Position numbers and translations under genes: made by a program. From the IMG/VR virus record IMGVR_UViG_3300004093_000031, positions 1 to 36,900 of that record: a DNA stretch of 36,900 nt; one strand, 5' to 3'. Below, piece by piece: positions 16,466-26,369 of the stretch. The notes beneath the pieces are model-generated. The model made no database searches and had not been told where the DNA came from. It saw only the letters and a list, made by a program, of their open reading frames with translations. Origin of the DNA: a virus. Its lineage: Duplodnaviria; Caudoviricetes. Position 1 is the stretch's first letter, and every line of letters starts with the position of its first letter.

Positions 16466-18223
16466 ATGTTCAGACGCCTGATTGGCGCGGTCCTGGCCGC
16501 GCTGCTCTCCACCCATGCCTTCGCCTTCGATCCCGCAGCGTCGAAGCGCTACCCGTCGCCGGACATGTACCGGCCGAACGTGGACAGCCTCGTCCTGCGA
16601 GGTGGCAGCGCCACGGGCGGCGCGGCGGGAGACCTGACCTCTCTCCTCACGAACAGCCTGAACATCAGCTTCAACACCGTGGCGGCGTTCCGCGCGGCCA
16701 CGGTGCCCTCGTTCATCTCCGTGGTCCACGTGAGGGGCTACTACGGGCCCGGAACGCCCGGCGGCGGTGTGTTCGTGCGGGATGCGTCCGACACCACCAG
16801 CGTCGATGATGGCGGCTCGGTGGTGGTGCTCTCCGACAACTCGCGCTGGAAGCGGGTTTTCGACATGGGCCCCATTCCGCTGGCTGCGTTCGGGCTGGCC
16901 CCGACGAACGGCGACAACTGCCCCAACCTGCGCTCGGCGATCGCCTACGCCAAGGGGAGCTTGTTGACCTCCGTGGCGGGAGTCTTCCAGTTCAACTGCG
17001 GGTACGACGGCACGATCCCAGTCAACATTATGGGTTCGGGCAACGGTTCTGGGCCGGGTGGCGCTGAGCAGTACACCACACAAGCCACGATTTTCTTGCT
17101 AAACTGGGCCAATCCGACGCTGTTCAAAGTTACATCGACACGTCCTTCGATCTTCCGGAATATCCAGATCGGGGTCAATCCGGGTTTCCGTCCGGCCGCT
17201 GCCGGCGCCGGAATTGCTCTTCACGCTCCTCGTATTACTGGCACGGAGACGCAAGCTAACTCAATCATTGAAGGTGTAGCTTTCAACAATCTATATCAGG
17301 GTATATACTTATTCTCGCCTTCTTGGGACAAGATCACCGGGAACTACTTTGGTGAATGGACCGACTCGGCCATTATGTCTGAGACCGATGCTTCCGTCGA
17401 AGGAAGCGCCGGCTTCATAGAGCGAAATTACATTTTCGGCAGACCTGATGGGTCTCAACGCGCGGGAGTGTACCTCCGCAACGGCTACGCGATCGTCGCC
17501 CATAACGAGATCCTCGGCGCCCAGTATGGCGTGCTCGCCGACATCGCGAACTACCCGGCCGGGTTTATACAGATCCACAACAATACGATCGAGGAAAACT
17601 ATTACAGCGGTGTCAGCTTGAAAAAGACTGGCGCGAGTGCGACGGTCGCATCATCAATGGTGTCAATTCACCATAATGAGTTCTCTTCAATCATCACTGG
17701 ACCAACGTACGTGGGCTCGGTGTATATTGATGAGAACGGCGGCGTCCCGTGGATTGATGACGTCCGAGTGAGTTACAACACGACCCGTCACCAGCTACCC
17801 GCGGGCGGCCGCCATTTCTTTATCAACGGTGGCCGGACGATGCAGTTCATCGGCAACATCAGTGAGGAGCTGAGCAACAACGCCGTCATCGGCTTGCAGA
17901 TGACGGGCGTCGGGAGCAACGGCGCTCTCGTCGGTCCGATTCTGGTGGCGGACAATCTCTTCCGGAAGATAAGCACCCGCTATGTGCTGGCGAGTTCTGG
18001 CGTGGTGACTGTGCGCGATCAGATCCCCGACACGGTGGCCAACATCAACGCATGGGGTCCCGCCGCGAATGGTTCCACCGCCTACGCGTCGGACGGTCAT
18101 TCGCAAGATGCCAACGCGCTTAACCTGACGATGGTCGGTGGCGGCGCCGGTGCCGGTTACCAAAGTCCGAGGCACGTGGCTGACCAACATGGCGCTGCAA
18201 TAAAACTCGAACGACAGCAGTAG
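16466..18223 (+). CDS. Tailspike-like right-handed beta-helix (pectate-lyase-fold) protein with predicted Sec signal peptide
   Basis: AAGGA RBS; MFRRLIGAVLAALLSTHAFA|FD; tailspike-type VHVRGYY..G..GGG.F..D...DDGG...RWKR segment; Asn/Ile-rich beta-helix repeats. Probable frameshift in the last ~20 codons. Confidence 0.82.
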   Translation: MFRRLIGAVLAALLSTHAFAFDPAASKRYPSPDMYRPNVDSLVLRGGSATGGAAGDLTSLLTNSLNISFNTVAAFRAATVPSFISVVHVRGYYGPGTPGGGVFVRDASDTTSVDDGGSVVVLSDNSRWKRVFDMGPIPLAAFGLAPTNGDNCPNLRSAIAYAKGSLLTSVAGVFQFNCGYDGTIPVNIMGSGNGSGPGGAEQYTTQATIFLLNWANPTLFKVTSTRPSIFRNIQIGVNPGFRPAAAGAGIALHAPRITGTETQANSIIEGVAFNNLYQGIYLFSPSWDKITGNYFGEWTDSAIMSETDASVEGSAGFIERNYIFGRPDGSQRAGVYLRNGYAIVAHNEILGAQYGVLADIANYPAGFIQIHNNTIEENYYSGVSLKKTGASATVASSMVSIHHNEFSSIITGPTYVGSVYIDENGGVPWIDDVRVSYNTTRHQLPAGGRHFFINGGRTMQFIGNISEELSNNAVIGLQMTGVGSNGALVGPILVADNLFRKISTRYVLASSGVVTVRDQIPDTVANINAWGPAANGSTAYASDGHSQDANALNLTMVGGGAGAGYQSPRHVADQHGAAIKLERQQ

Positions 18224-18340
18224 ATATCTGCAGAGTTTGCAAAAACACTGATCGGCGGTTCTATCAGAGGCTGCCGATCAGGCTGCGCGCTACTCTGCGG
18301 GCGCTGATTTCTAGCACTTCCCGACATCGTGAGGATCATC

Positions 18341-19204
18341 ATGGCATCGGCCGCTTCGATCGCGGACGCTTTCGCGCGACTGCGCGCCGCCGGCTTCGCC
18401 GGTCGCGCGATCGAGCTTGCGGACCTCGACCTACCACGGGTCGGCTACACCATCGGCGTCGGTGAGGACGAGATCCACGCCGTGATCGACGTCGAGGCGG
18501 CCGGGAGCGGCTTCGACAAGCTGAAGCGGCCGAAGATGCTGTTCGAGCCGCATCGCTTCTACGCCAACCTGTCGGGCGAGAAGCGCACGCGCGCCGTCTC
18601 ACTTGGGCTCGCCTACCCGAACTGGAAGCGGGATTATCCCGCCGACAGCTACCCGCGCCTGTTCCAGGCAATGGCGATCGACGAGACCGCGGCGCTAAAA
18701 TCGGCCTCGTGGGGGCTCGGCCAGATCTTGGGCGAGAACCACGTTGCCGCCGGCTACGACAGCCCCCAGCACATGGTCGTGGCGTTCGTCGAGAGCGGTG
18801 AGGGTGAACACCTCGGCGCGATGGTTCGGTTTATCGTCGAGAACCACCTGGACGATGAGATCCGAGCCCATAACTGGGTAGCCTTCGCCCGCGGCTATAA
18901 TGGCCCGAAGTACGCCGAGAACGGCTATCACACTAAGCTGGCCGCGGCCTACGCGAAGTGGGCCAAGATCCCGGATACCCCATGGTCCCCGGCGCAGGAT
19001 GCGGTCAGCAAGGCCGTGCCGGTCCCGCCTGTCGAGGTTTCACCTCTGCCGGCGCCCACGCCGCCGCTTGTGGCGCCCGCGCCGAGCAGCAGTGGCTCAC
19101 CGACGCTCCCCGTTCCCGCCCCCCAGCCCGAACCAGTGGTGCTTGGATTCTGGGGCACCATCGCTGCGCGGCTGCGCGCCGCCTATCCCCGAAAGGACGT
19201 TTGA
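18341..19204 (+). CDS. Endolysin, N-acetylmuramidase (DUF3380-type)
   Basis: AVIDVEAAGSGF..RPKMLFEPHRF, SASWGLGQILGEN, FARGYNGP.Y..N.Y..KL. Confidence 0.92.
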   Translation: MASAASIADAFARLRAAGFAGRAIELADLDLPRVGYTIGVGEDEIHAVIDVEAAGSGFDKLKRPKMLFEPHRFYANLSGEKRTRAVSLGLAYPNWKRDYPADSYPRLFQAMAIDETAALKSASWGLGQILGENHVAAGYDSPQHMVVAFVESGEGEHLGAMVRFIVENHLDDEIRAHNWVAFARGYNGPKYAENGYHTKLAAAYAKWAKIPDTPWSPAQDAVSKAVPVPPVEVSPLPAPTPPLVAPAPSSSGSPTLPVPAPQPEPVVLGFWGTIAARLRAAYPRKDV

Positions 19205-19206
19205 TC

Positions 19207-19746
19207 ATGGCCAGCGGAATCGGCGGAGCGATCGGCTCCATGATCGGCGGCGTCATCACGGGCGGCGTGGGACCGGCTCTCGGCGCGGCTCTGCCCTCGA
19301 TCGCGGACACGGCGAAGATCCTAGTCGACCGCCTCGTCCCGGATCCGAACGCCAAGGCCGAAGCCCAGGCGGAGGTCGAGCAGGCGCTTGCCGCGCGCGA
19401 GGTGGCCATCGTCAATGCGACGATGGAGATCGCCAAAGCGCAGACGCAGGTGAACCTCGTTGAGGCGCAGGGAAACGACCGCTTCTCGGCTCGGTGGCGG
19501 CCGTCCGTGGGTTGGATCTGCGCAGCGGGCTTCGGCTACCAGTTCGTTCTGGCGCCGATCCTGACGTGGGCGACCAACCTCGCGGGCGTGATGATCGGCG
19601 CACAGATCCCGCCTGCACCAACGCTCTCGATCAACGATCTGATGGTGGTGCTAACCGGCATCCTCGGTCTCGGGGCGCTCAGGACCACGGAGCGCGTCCA
19701 GGGCGTGCCTGGCGCGCTGCCAGGACCGCAGCCGGTCAAGAGGTAA
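19207..19746 (+). CDS. Holin (GTA 3TM-type)
   Basis: DRLVPDP..KA.A, Q..VN..EA, RWRPSVGWIC, LGLGALRT.E. Confidence 0.88.
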   Translation: MASGIGGAIGSMIGGVITGGVGPALGAALPSIADTAKILVDRLVPDPNAKAEAQAEVEQALAAREVAIVNATMEIAKAQTQVNLVEAQGNDRFSARWRPSVGWICAAGFGYQFVLAPILTWATNLAGVMIGAQIPPAPTLSINDLMVVLTGILGLGALRTTERVQGVPGALPGPQPVKR

Positions 19747-19750
19747 GCCC

Positions 19751-20263
19751 GTGCCTCACAACAGAAGGCCGCTGATCCCGGCGCATCCAGCCGGGCCGTA
19801 CAGCACCTACCGCCTGTTCGAGTGGTGCATGGCGACGATGATGATCCTCATCGCCGTTACACTCGTGATGCCTGGCGACACGATGGAGCGGTCGGCACTG
19901 AAACCGATCGCTGACATGGGCTTCACCGAGGAGAACATGGCCCTGTTTTTCGGCGCAGTAGGCGTCTTGCGCGCTATGGCGCTCTACCTGAACGGGCACA
20001 TCAACAACATCGTGGTCGGCCCGAAAGGAGCCTACATCCGCGCGGCTTGTGCGGCTGGCGGCTGCTTCATCATGGGGCAGCTAACCGGCGCGCTGATCTT
20101 CGAGGCGTTCAAGGGACCAGAGGCGCCGAGCTTCGTCATACCCGTGTTCGGGACGCTAGCCGGCTTCGAGGCGCTTTCGGTCTATATCGCCGCGCTCGAC
20201 GGTGTGGCTCGCAAGAGCCGCATCGGCAAAGCCCTAGACCAGCTTGAGAAGGTGGTTGGCTGA
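19751..20263 (+). CDS. Lysis-region multi-pass membrane protein
   Basis: About four hydrophobic segments; directly after the holin. Confidence 0.72.
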   Translation: MPHNRRPLIPAHPAGPYSTYRLFEWCMATMMILIAVTLVMPGDTMERSALKPIADMGFTEENMALFFGAVGVLRAMALYLNGHINNIVVGPKGAYIRAACAAGGCFIMGQLTGALIFEAFKGPEAPSFVIPVFGTLAGFEALSVYIAALDGVARKSRIGKALDQLEKVVG

Positions 20264-20646
20264 TGGATGCGTTCCTGACGTTCCTGGCCAACATCGTCGC
20301 GACCCAGCAGTTCTTCCAGGTCTTCGTCGGTGGCTGCACCATGTGGCTGATCGGCTGGATGGTCACGCGTGGTCGCAATGACAAGGAGAGTCTGCCGGCC
20401 CCCGCTGCTGGCACGATCGCCGACGTTCCGCCGATCCCTTTCTCGCAGGGCCCGCGCGAGCTGATCGACATCATCCGGGAGCAGCGGGACATGGATCGCC
20501 GCCGCACCGAGGACAGCACCCACATCCGTGAGTGCGTGCGGATCATCAAGGAGGAGACGAAGAGGCAGACCGAGCTACTTCAGGAGATCGCCGAAGATCA
20601 GCGCCTGGAGCACCGCCTCAACGCGGAGCGACAGCACCGTCACTGA
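20263..20646 (+). CDS. Lysis-region protein, N-terminal TM plus coiled coil
   Basis: TGATG coupling; hydrophobic N-terminus and charged helical C-terminus. Confidence 0.72.
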   Translation: MDAFLTFLANIVATQQFFQVFVGGCTMWLIGWMVTRGRNDKESLPAPAAGTIADVPPIPFSQGPRELIDIIREQRDMDRRRTEDSTHIRECVRIIKEETKRQTELLQEIAEDQRLEHRLNAERQHRH

Positions 20647-20756
20647 TGCTCTGGACCCATCCCGGCGAGACCATGATGTGGGTCGGCGTCGGCCTCATCA
20701 TCGGCCTGTTCGTCGGCGGCTGGGTCGCGGACCGATCGCGGCCGCCACCTGGCTGA
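20646..20756 (+). CDS. 36-aa single-TM peptide
   Basis: TGATG coupling; WVGVGLIIGLFVGGWVA. Confidence 0.5.
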   Translation: MLWTHPGETMMWVGVGLIIGLFVGGWVADRSRPPPG

Positions 20757-20906
20757 TCAGAACCACCATGCTGCCCCGCGCATAGACGGGACCTCGACAT
20801 TCCCCAAGCGAGATCACCTTAAACCGCTCGGCTCCGGCCGGGGCGGTTATTTCGTGCCGGTGATCCACGGCTTGCGACGGTCCAGCATTCCTCTCAGGGC
20901 CCACTC

Positions 20907-20938
20907 AGCCCCGCGCGGCGGTGCCGGCGGGGCTTTTT
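20907..20938 (+). terminator. Rho-independent terminator closing the tail/lysis operon
   Basis: AGCCCCGC-N12-GCGGGGCT followed by a T run. Confidence 0.8.
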
Positions 20939-21008
20939 CATTAACTGCGGACATGCATCCTGCCACCGAATTCGGCCCAACTGACCCCTCATAATTCGGA
21001 TCTCGAGG

Positions 21009-21045
21009 AGCCCGCCCGGACCGCCGGTGCGGGCTTTTTCGTTTT
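21009..21045 (+). terminator. Second intrinsic terminator
   Basis: AGCCCGC...GCGGGCT followed by TTTTCGTTTT. Confidence 0.72.
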
Positions 21046-21047
21046 CC

Positions 21048-21188
21048 CTACTAGAACCAGATCACGCGGCCGGACACCGCGTAGATAACGACCCAGAGGC
21101 CGATCGCCAGGATGGTCGCCTAAACGACTAGAGCTAGAGGTGGCTTCTTGCGAGCTCAATTGGGGTGGGTGAAAGCGATTTGATCCAT
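21048..21188 (-). pseudogene. Decayed copy of the 46-aa membrane peptide gene at 33786..33926
   Basis: Colinear 47 codons: MDQIAFTHPN*ARKKPPLALVV*ATILAIGLWVVIYAVSGRVIWF**. Confidence 0.82.
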
Positions 21189-21372
21189 AAGCGGTGTGGC
21201 GGCAGCGACATGGCCTGTCGACCAAAATCTGCCAGCTCTGTTCGCATCAAACGAAATATAGGTGTAACGCGGCTCGTAGCTGATTGCTCACCGAACCACT
21301 CTCCGCGATCTGCCAGCGTGTGCCTTCTCGCGCATAGAACGCGAGGCATAAAGAACCGCATATGTGTTTCGC

Positions 21373-24006
21373 CTAGCTGGAATGTCTCAAGCACTGCAAA
21401 TCGGACAACAATCCACTCGATATCTTGGAAAAAACCGGATGTCCTGTCTTCAGGATTAAGGCAGATTTATCTTCAAGCAGCCCATGTTTGAATATGTATT
21501 GCAAGTCACGCAACGTGTCGGCGCCATAATTATCCTCGGCGCGTCTGATGAAGACGGACGCATCATTCATATCGGTCTCAACTTCTCTATGAACTGCTCG
21601 ACTGAGAAGCCGGTGAACATCATTGATGATCGGGCGGCTATCATGCGTCAATCCTATGAAATTTCTCGCCTTCTGCACCCGCTGATCGATGGCTGCATCC
21701 AATTGTGACGCACTAGCCGTAATATAGCCGCACGCTTCCGACAAGTCGGAATATGGGATGAGCCACCCCGTATCAAGCTCTGGATGATCCAGTAAAAATT
21801 TATGTACAAAGAAGCTCGGCGCGAGTGTAATTAAGCCTTCCGAAAGGCCCCGCAAAGCTTGATTATTGAAGACCTCGCAAAGGCTCTCATCGATACGAAG
21901 CGGGATGAGGACATATCGCGATGCTGCAAATAGCGGGCTCATCGCCTCACATTCACCGGTCGCGTAATATTCGTTCGCAGGTGCAAAGCCCACGCCACCG
22001 GCTATAACCAATGAAACTCCAGACTTGCTGAGGGCCTCGCGAAGATTAACATCTAAATCCTGAACTCGGATTTTGAATGCAGACCAAATCTCGCCGGCAG
22101 GAACGACAGCATCGAAACTATCGATCTTTTGCAGGCGCAAAATCTGATCGGTTGAATTGGTAAGCCATCCTCTGTGCAGATCAGCCCAGTCATGTTTGCA
22201 GATTGCCGCCGAGACGCATTCATCCAGATCTTGAATTCCCGCAATCTCAAATGTCGATACTGGACAAGGGATGCGCAGGTGGGTGTAGGTGGAACCCAGC
22301 TTTAGAAATTCTGGCTGATAGATATGCCGCGCGACTTGATGTGGCACGTCACGCATCGTCATTTTGAGTGTCGAATAATTCCGTTGGCCTAACAGGGAAA
22401 AGCCTAACCGATCTACGACTTCCTCGCGGCCGCCGGAAATAGCATCTTTAGTGATGGAGCGGGCAGGCCACCGGCCATTGAACCCAAAAATTATAATTTC
22501 TTCTGCAATCGAAGCTATGCTCCACGACCAGACGCCAGAAACCTCGTCTGCGTTCTCCGATAAATTTCCATTACGGGTTATGGACGATATAGATTCCAGA
22601 AAATTAGAAGCTAAACTAAAATCATCATTCTCGCGGACGGCGCCATCTAACGATCCGCCGTTCAAATATCTATTGAACTGTGCGACGGTAAGTCGTCTGC
22701 CGCCCAAATGCGCCCAAGCCTTCCAGGGCGACCCATATCGTGCAATAAGCCGCACTGCACGCGGGACAGCCATAGACGAAAGTTGATCAGGCTTTGCATC
22801 TTCCCCGGAAAGCAGGTCGCTCGGACGGCTTCCCGCATTGCCGACGGATTGGAGTAATTTGTTATAATATTCGGCTGTTTGTTCCCACGTAAATCGTTCC
22901 GTCCACTTGCGGCCTCTGTCAATCAGCTCGGTCTTTTTGTCCGAGGAAACTGACAGCGCGGACAAGATAGTGCTGCTTATGTCGTCGATATCATAAGGAT
23001 CGCAATAACTGACGACATCTCCGCCAACTTCGACGTGCGAAGATGTATTGCTGGCCACGACGGGGATCCCGTATGCCAAAGCTTCAAGTATCGGCATCCC
23101 GAACCCCTCCCAAAGCGAGGGAAAAACCAATAGATCAGTCTTGGAAAGGTGTTCTTGGATAGCCGCGTCATCTATAAAACCTGTAAACTCAATATCCGCA
23201 AACTTTTGCGCATGTTCCAGGGAGTATTTAAACGTACTACCGAATATATCTGCAGAGCCCGAATTGTCTCCAATGATTAAGAATCGGAGACGGTCATTGA
23301 TCGCCATCGCAATTCTTGGGATGGACCTCATTACGGCAACGTGATTTTTTCGGATCTCGACGGTTCCGATCATAGTGATCGTCCGCCTCATATCTTTTCG
23401 AGCGGTCGGGGCGATGCGGTTTCGTGACTCTGTCAATTTCCCAAAAGCATTGCTGATCACAATCGATTTTTCGGAGGCGCAAGGGAACACGGCAAGTAAA
23501 TCATTTTCCGTCGCCTTAGAAACATTTACAATATACGTCGCCCGATCGATCATATTGCCGAGGCTCTTGAAGTAACGATTTTTGTTTTCGTATTCAACAT
23601 TTTCCTCAATTCTGAACGGGATCAAATCGTGTACAACGCCAACAACACGCAGGCCCAGTGTCGCCAGTGGCCAATCCCATATGCTTTCGAAACATTCGAA
23701 AGATAAAATGGCGGCAATAGAAGGCGCAGGTAGTATAATTGGCTTGCAGGCGGACAACCGGGCCGCCCGCTCGTGATCAGATATTTGGTAAGGAACAGCG
23801 TGAAGGTACGAGATAAGGGGCACACAATGAACGGATACAAGGCCATATTCGAAGCTTATCTTTGTTATGGCTAAATAGGCGGTATCATTGGTGTCAACTA
23901 GATTCTCTGCGACCTCGCGAGCTACGCGTTGAACGCCGCGTGGTCGGCCCGCGGAAAGATTTTGCGCCCAGACACCGATAATTTTTCTGCCACCGATAAA
24001 ATTCAC
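21373..24006 (-). CDS. GT4 (group 1) glycosyltransferase with a long C-terminal extension
   Basis: GVQRV, VHDLIP, VSKATENDL, IGTVEIRKNH, FPSLWEGFGMPILEALAYGIPVVASN, FTWE; low GC. Confidence 0.88.
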   Translation of the reverse strand: MNFIGGRKIIGVWAQNLSAGRPRGVQRVAREVAENLVDTNDTAYLAITKISFEYGLVSVHCVPLISYLHAVPYQISDHERAARLSACKPIILPAPSIAAILSFECFESIWDWPLATLGLRVVGVVHDLIPFRIEENVEYENKNRYFKSLGNMIDRATYIVNVSKATENDLLAVFPCASEKSIVISNAFGKLTESRNRIAPTARKDMRRTITMIGTVEIRKNHVAVMRSIPRIAMAINDRLRFLIIGDNSGSADIFGSTFKYSLEHAQKFADIEFTGFIDDAAIQEHLSKTDLLVFPSLWEGFGMPILEALAYGIPVVASNTSSHVEVGGDVVSYCDPYDIDDISSTILSALSVSSDKKTELIDRGRKWTERFTWEQTAEYYNKLLQSVGNAGSRPSDLLSGEDAKPDQLSSMAVPRAVRLIARYGSPWKAWAHLGGRRLTVAQFNRYLNGGSLDGAVRENDDFSLASNFLESISSITRNGNLSENADEVSGVWSWSIASIAEEIIIFGFNGRWPARSITKDAISGGREEVVDRLGFSLLGQRNYSTLKMTMRDVPHQVARHIYQPEFLKLGSTYTHLRIPCPVSTFEIAGIQDLDECVSAAICKHDWADLHRGWLTNSTDQILRLQKIDSFDAVVPAGEIWSAFKIRVQDLDVNLREALSKSGVSLVIAGGVGFAPANEYYATGECEAMSPLFAASRYVLIPLRIDESLCEVFNNQALRGLSEGLITLAPSFFVHKFLLDHPELDTGWLIPYSDLSEACGYITASASQLDAAIDQRVQKARNFIGLTHDSRPIINDVHRLLSRAVHREVETDMNDASVFIRRAEDNYGADTLRDLQYIFKHGLLEDKSALILKTGHPVFSKISSGLLSDLQCLRHSS

Positions 24007-25313
24007 AGGCTGACTCCAGCATTTCTAATCATCCGTAGGAACGCATCCGCAGAGTTCTGCGAGATCCAGATACTACGGGCAGTCTCTGCCTCATCGGCGT
24101 ATCGATCGTATTCGGAACAAAGTTTAAACGTTTCGTCAGTCAAACTCAAGTAATCAGCGGCAATACATTCTCGTCCGCCGCCCAGTTCTTTCTGCCGTTT
24201 GGCCATCCAGGTGCCGCGGCTTACGATTGTAGGGATCCCATACCCAAGAGCTTCAGCATATATGCCAGAAGTCTGGGCGTAGTAATTGGAGAGAGAGTAT
24301 GGGATTAGAATCACGTCGAGCGATTGTACGAATTTGGCATAATCGCTGGGACTAAGGACCTCGTAGAATAGATCGACGTTAGGCAGTGTTTCGAGATTGG
24401 CGACTGCGCTTCTATAGAAGTCCTGATCCGGGTTTGCGCAAAATGCGTGGATCTGAAATTTTACTTCGGATTTGAGTTCGGATTTCAGAAACGAAGTGGC
24501 CAAGTAGGGGAGAAGATGAAATCCCTTGTGTAGGCGCGCCTCTCCGACGTAGCCGACACTTATTGCGCCACTACCCCGTCGAGATGCTCTTTGGGTCGTA
24601 TCCGATATGTGCGGAATTGGCGCTAGTTCTATTGGCAAATTAGTCAGCTCTTTATACTCATCGATGAGTATGTCGGCGTCAGCCGACAGATGAATTAAAT
24701 TCCTTACTGAGGAATCCTCGATCGCTCGGAAGGCATCGGAGAAATATGGGACGGCGTAATCAAATCTGCCGGCATCCGGTGTTGGTGTGAAATGAAGTAC
24801 AATAAAAATCTTTGGACGGTTTTCGACGGGGAGTTCTTCCAACCAAATGGGCACCGCACGTAAGGCCCAGTGGCGCAGAGTGTTAAATATTATCACGTCC
24901 TCAGATGTAAGCGAGAATTGACGATGAAGGTTATGCAAATCTATTTTCATCAACCGTTCGTGATTCTCACGGGTAAGTTCAGCATCGTCGGATATAGTTC
25001 TTTGCGACGATTGAAATCTCTCATCGCACCAAAGTGTAAACAATGGAACAGCGCCTGTTTGTTTTGCAAAGGTGTCGTCCATTGATTTATGGCCAACCAG
25101 ATGAGTTTGAAGCCCAAAATTATTGAGTTGTCTTTCTATTGGCAGAAAATACTCATAGCAGTGACCGGAATAACTCTTTAGGGATTGGTCCAAAAGGAAA
25201 AATCTGCTCTTTCTCTGAGTGCGGAATTCTGTCGACTGTGTGCTACCATTTTTTCCTCGTGACCGAATTGCTTTGGTTATCCGGGCTCCAATATATTCAA
25301 TTCTGGACCGCAT
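24003..25313 (-). CDS. GT4-like glycosyltransferase
   Basis: DQSLKSYSGHCYEY, YVGEARLHKGFHLLP, IPY...Y..QTSGIYAEALGYGIP; coupled to the next gene; low GC. Confidence 0.85.
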   Translation of the reverse strand: MRSRIEYIGARITKAIRSRGKNGSTQSTEFRTQRKSRFFLLDQSLKSYSGHCYEYFLPIERQLNNFGLQTHLVGHKSMDDTFAKQTGAVPLFTLWCDERFQSSQRTISDDAELTRENHERLMKIDLHNLHRQFSLTSEDVIIFNTLRHWALRAVPIWLEELPVENRPKIFIVLHFTPTPDAGRFDYAVPYFSDAFRAIEDSSVRNLIHLSADADILIDEYKELTNLPIELAPIPHISDTTQRASRRGSGAISVGYVGEARLHKGFHLLPYLATSFLKSELKSEVKFQIHAFCANPDQDFYRSAVANLETLPNVDLFYEVLSPSDYAKFVQSLDVILIPYSLSNYYAQTSGIYAEALGYGIPTIVSRGTWMAKRQKELGGGRECIAADYLSLTDETFKLCSEYDRYADEAETARSIWISQNSADAFLRMIRNAGVSL

Positions 25314-25319
25314 TTGATT

Positions 25320-25720
25320 TTACCATCTTTGCTGCTTGAGTATCTTCGTTCCTGTTTGAGATATCTATTTGAGCTTCTTGCTGTAAAAGCCTTTTTTGTT
25401 GCACATTTTGCTATTTTGTCGGCTATTACAGAGTACTAAATCCATGTTTGAATAATCATTGTGGCTGGTCAGGCATGTCACGGTCGTCGTTTTGCGGAAT
25501 AGATACTAACTAGTTGCCCAAATGAACCATTTTCTCGAATTCTAGGGTGCTGCACCGGACACATAGCTCCATTTCGGCGACGTGGATGACGACCTGCATT
25601 TCGCGAGTTGGTATCAATTTGTCAATCTTTACGTCGGTGTCGCCCGACGGGTCATTGCATGCGAATCCCGTGCAACAACAAACATTTAGCTGCGATTCCG
25701 TACCAGAACGCGGCTCTTAG
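25320..25720. promoter_or_regulatory. AT-rich upstream region, probable promoter of the glycosyltransferase moron
   Basis: ORF-free and AT-rich, upstream of the GT operon; contains the palindrome TTGCA-N11-TGCAA at 25655..25675. Confidence 0.4.
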
Positions 25721-26369
25721 CGATGATGCGATCACCTCGCGGCGAGCGACTCCGGACCATCCGAAAGGCGGGACCGGATGAAAGCCAGAGTGGATCCATT
25801 AAGGGGCGAACTGGCGCGGCTCTGGGAGAAGGCCGATTGGGCCCGGCTTCGTTCGCTCTCCCGAGATTCCGTCAAAAACACTCTCAGTCCTTCGATCGCG
25901 GCAGCCGCCGCGGTGCCGCTCACGCCCGACCCGGTCTGTGCCATTCTCACGGCCGCGCATCTCGTCTTGGCGGGGCTCGAATGCAGTGAGGGCATTAGGG
26001 CGCTGCAACCGCGCTGGGCGATGGAAGACGGCTTCGTCGCCTTCGGCGCCGCCGTCGCGGCTCGCGCGTGGGATTGGAGATCGGCCAGCGACGCCGCCGC
26101 CGTATTTCTCCTGCGTAGGTATGGCCAGGCGTTGCTGCGCAGCGCGCCCACCGTGTTGGGCCGCCTCATGATCCAATCCAATTTTGCCGCGCTGCTGCCG
26201 ATCCGCACTCGACGCTCCGATGAGAGCCGGGCGATGCAGCGGTTCATCACCCCCCCTTCCGTTGGCGCTTGCCGCTCTGGCGGCCGCAGCCGACCCGAAC
26301 TGGCCATTTATCGAGATCAGGAGCACGGGCGCCAATCCGCTCACCCACCAACAAGCGGGCGCATTCGCG

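Noticed and set aside
6260-20938. Headless tail plus lysis module as an F-type tailocin or GTA-like particle
   Set aside because: No tail tube or complete chaperone, no regulator or evident promoter, and a frameshifted distal-tail-like gene. A deleted prophage explains it better.
25655-25675. TTGCA-N11-TGCAA palindrome as a specific regulator site
   Set aside because: Short, single occurrence and could arise by chance; no regulator can be assigned.
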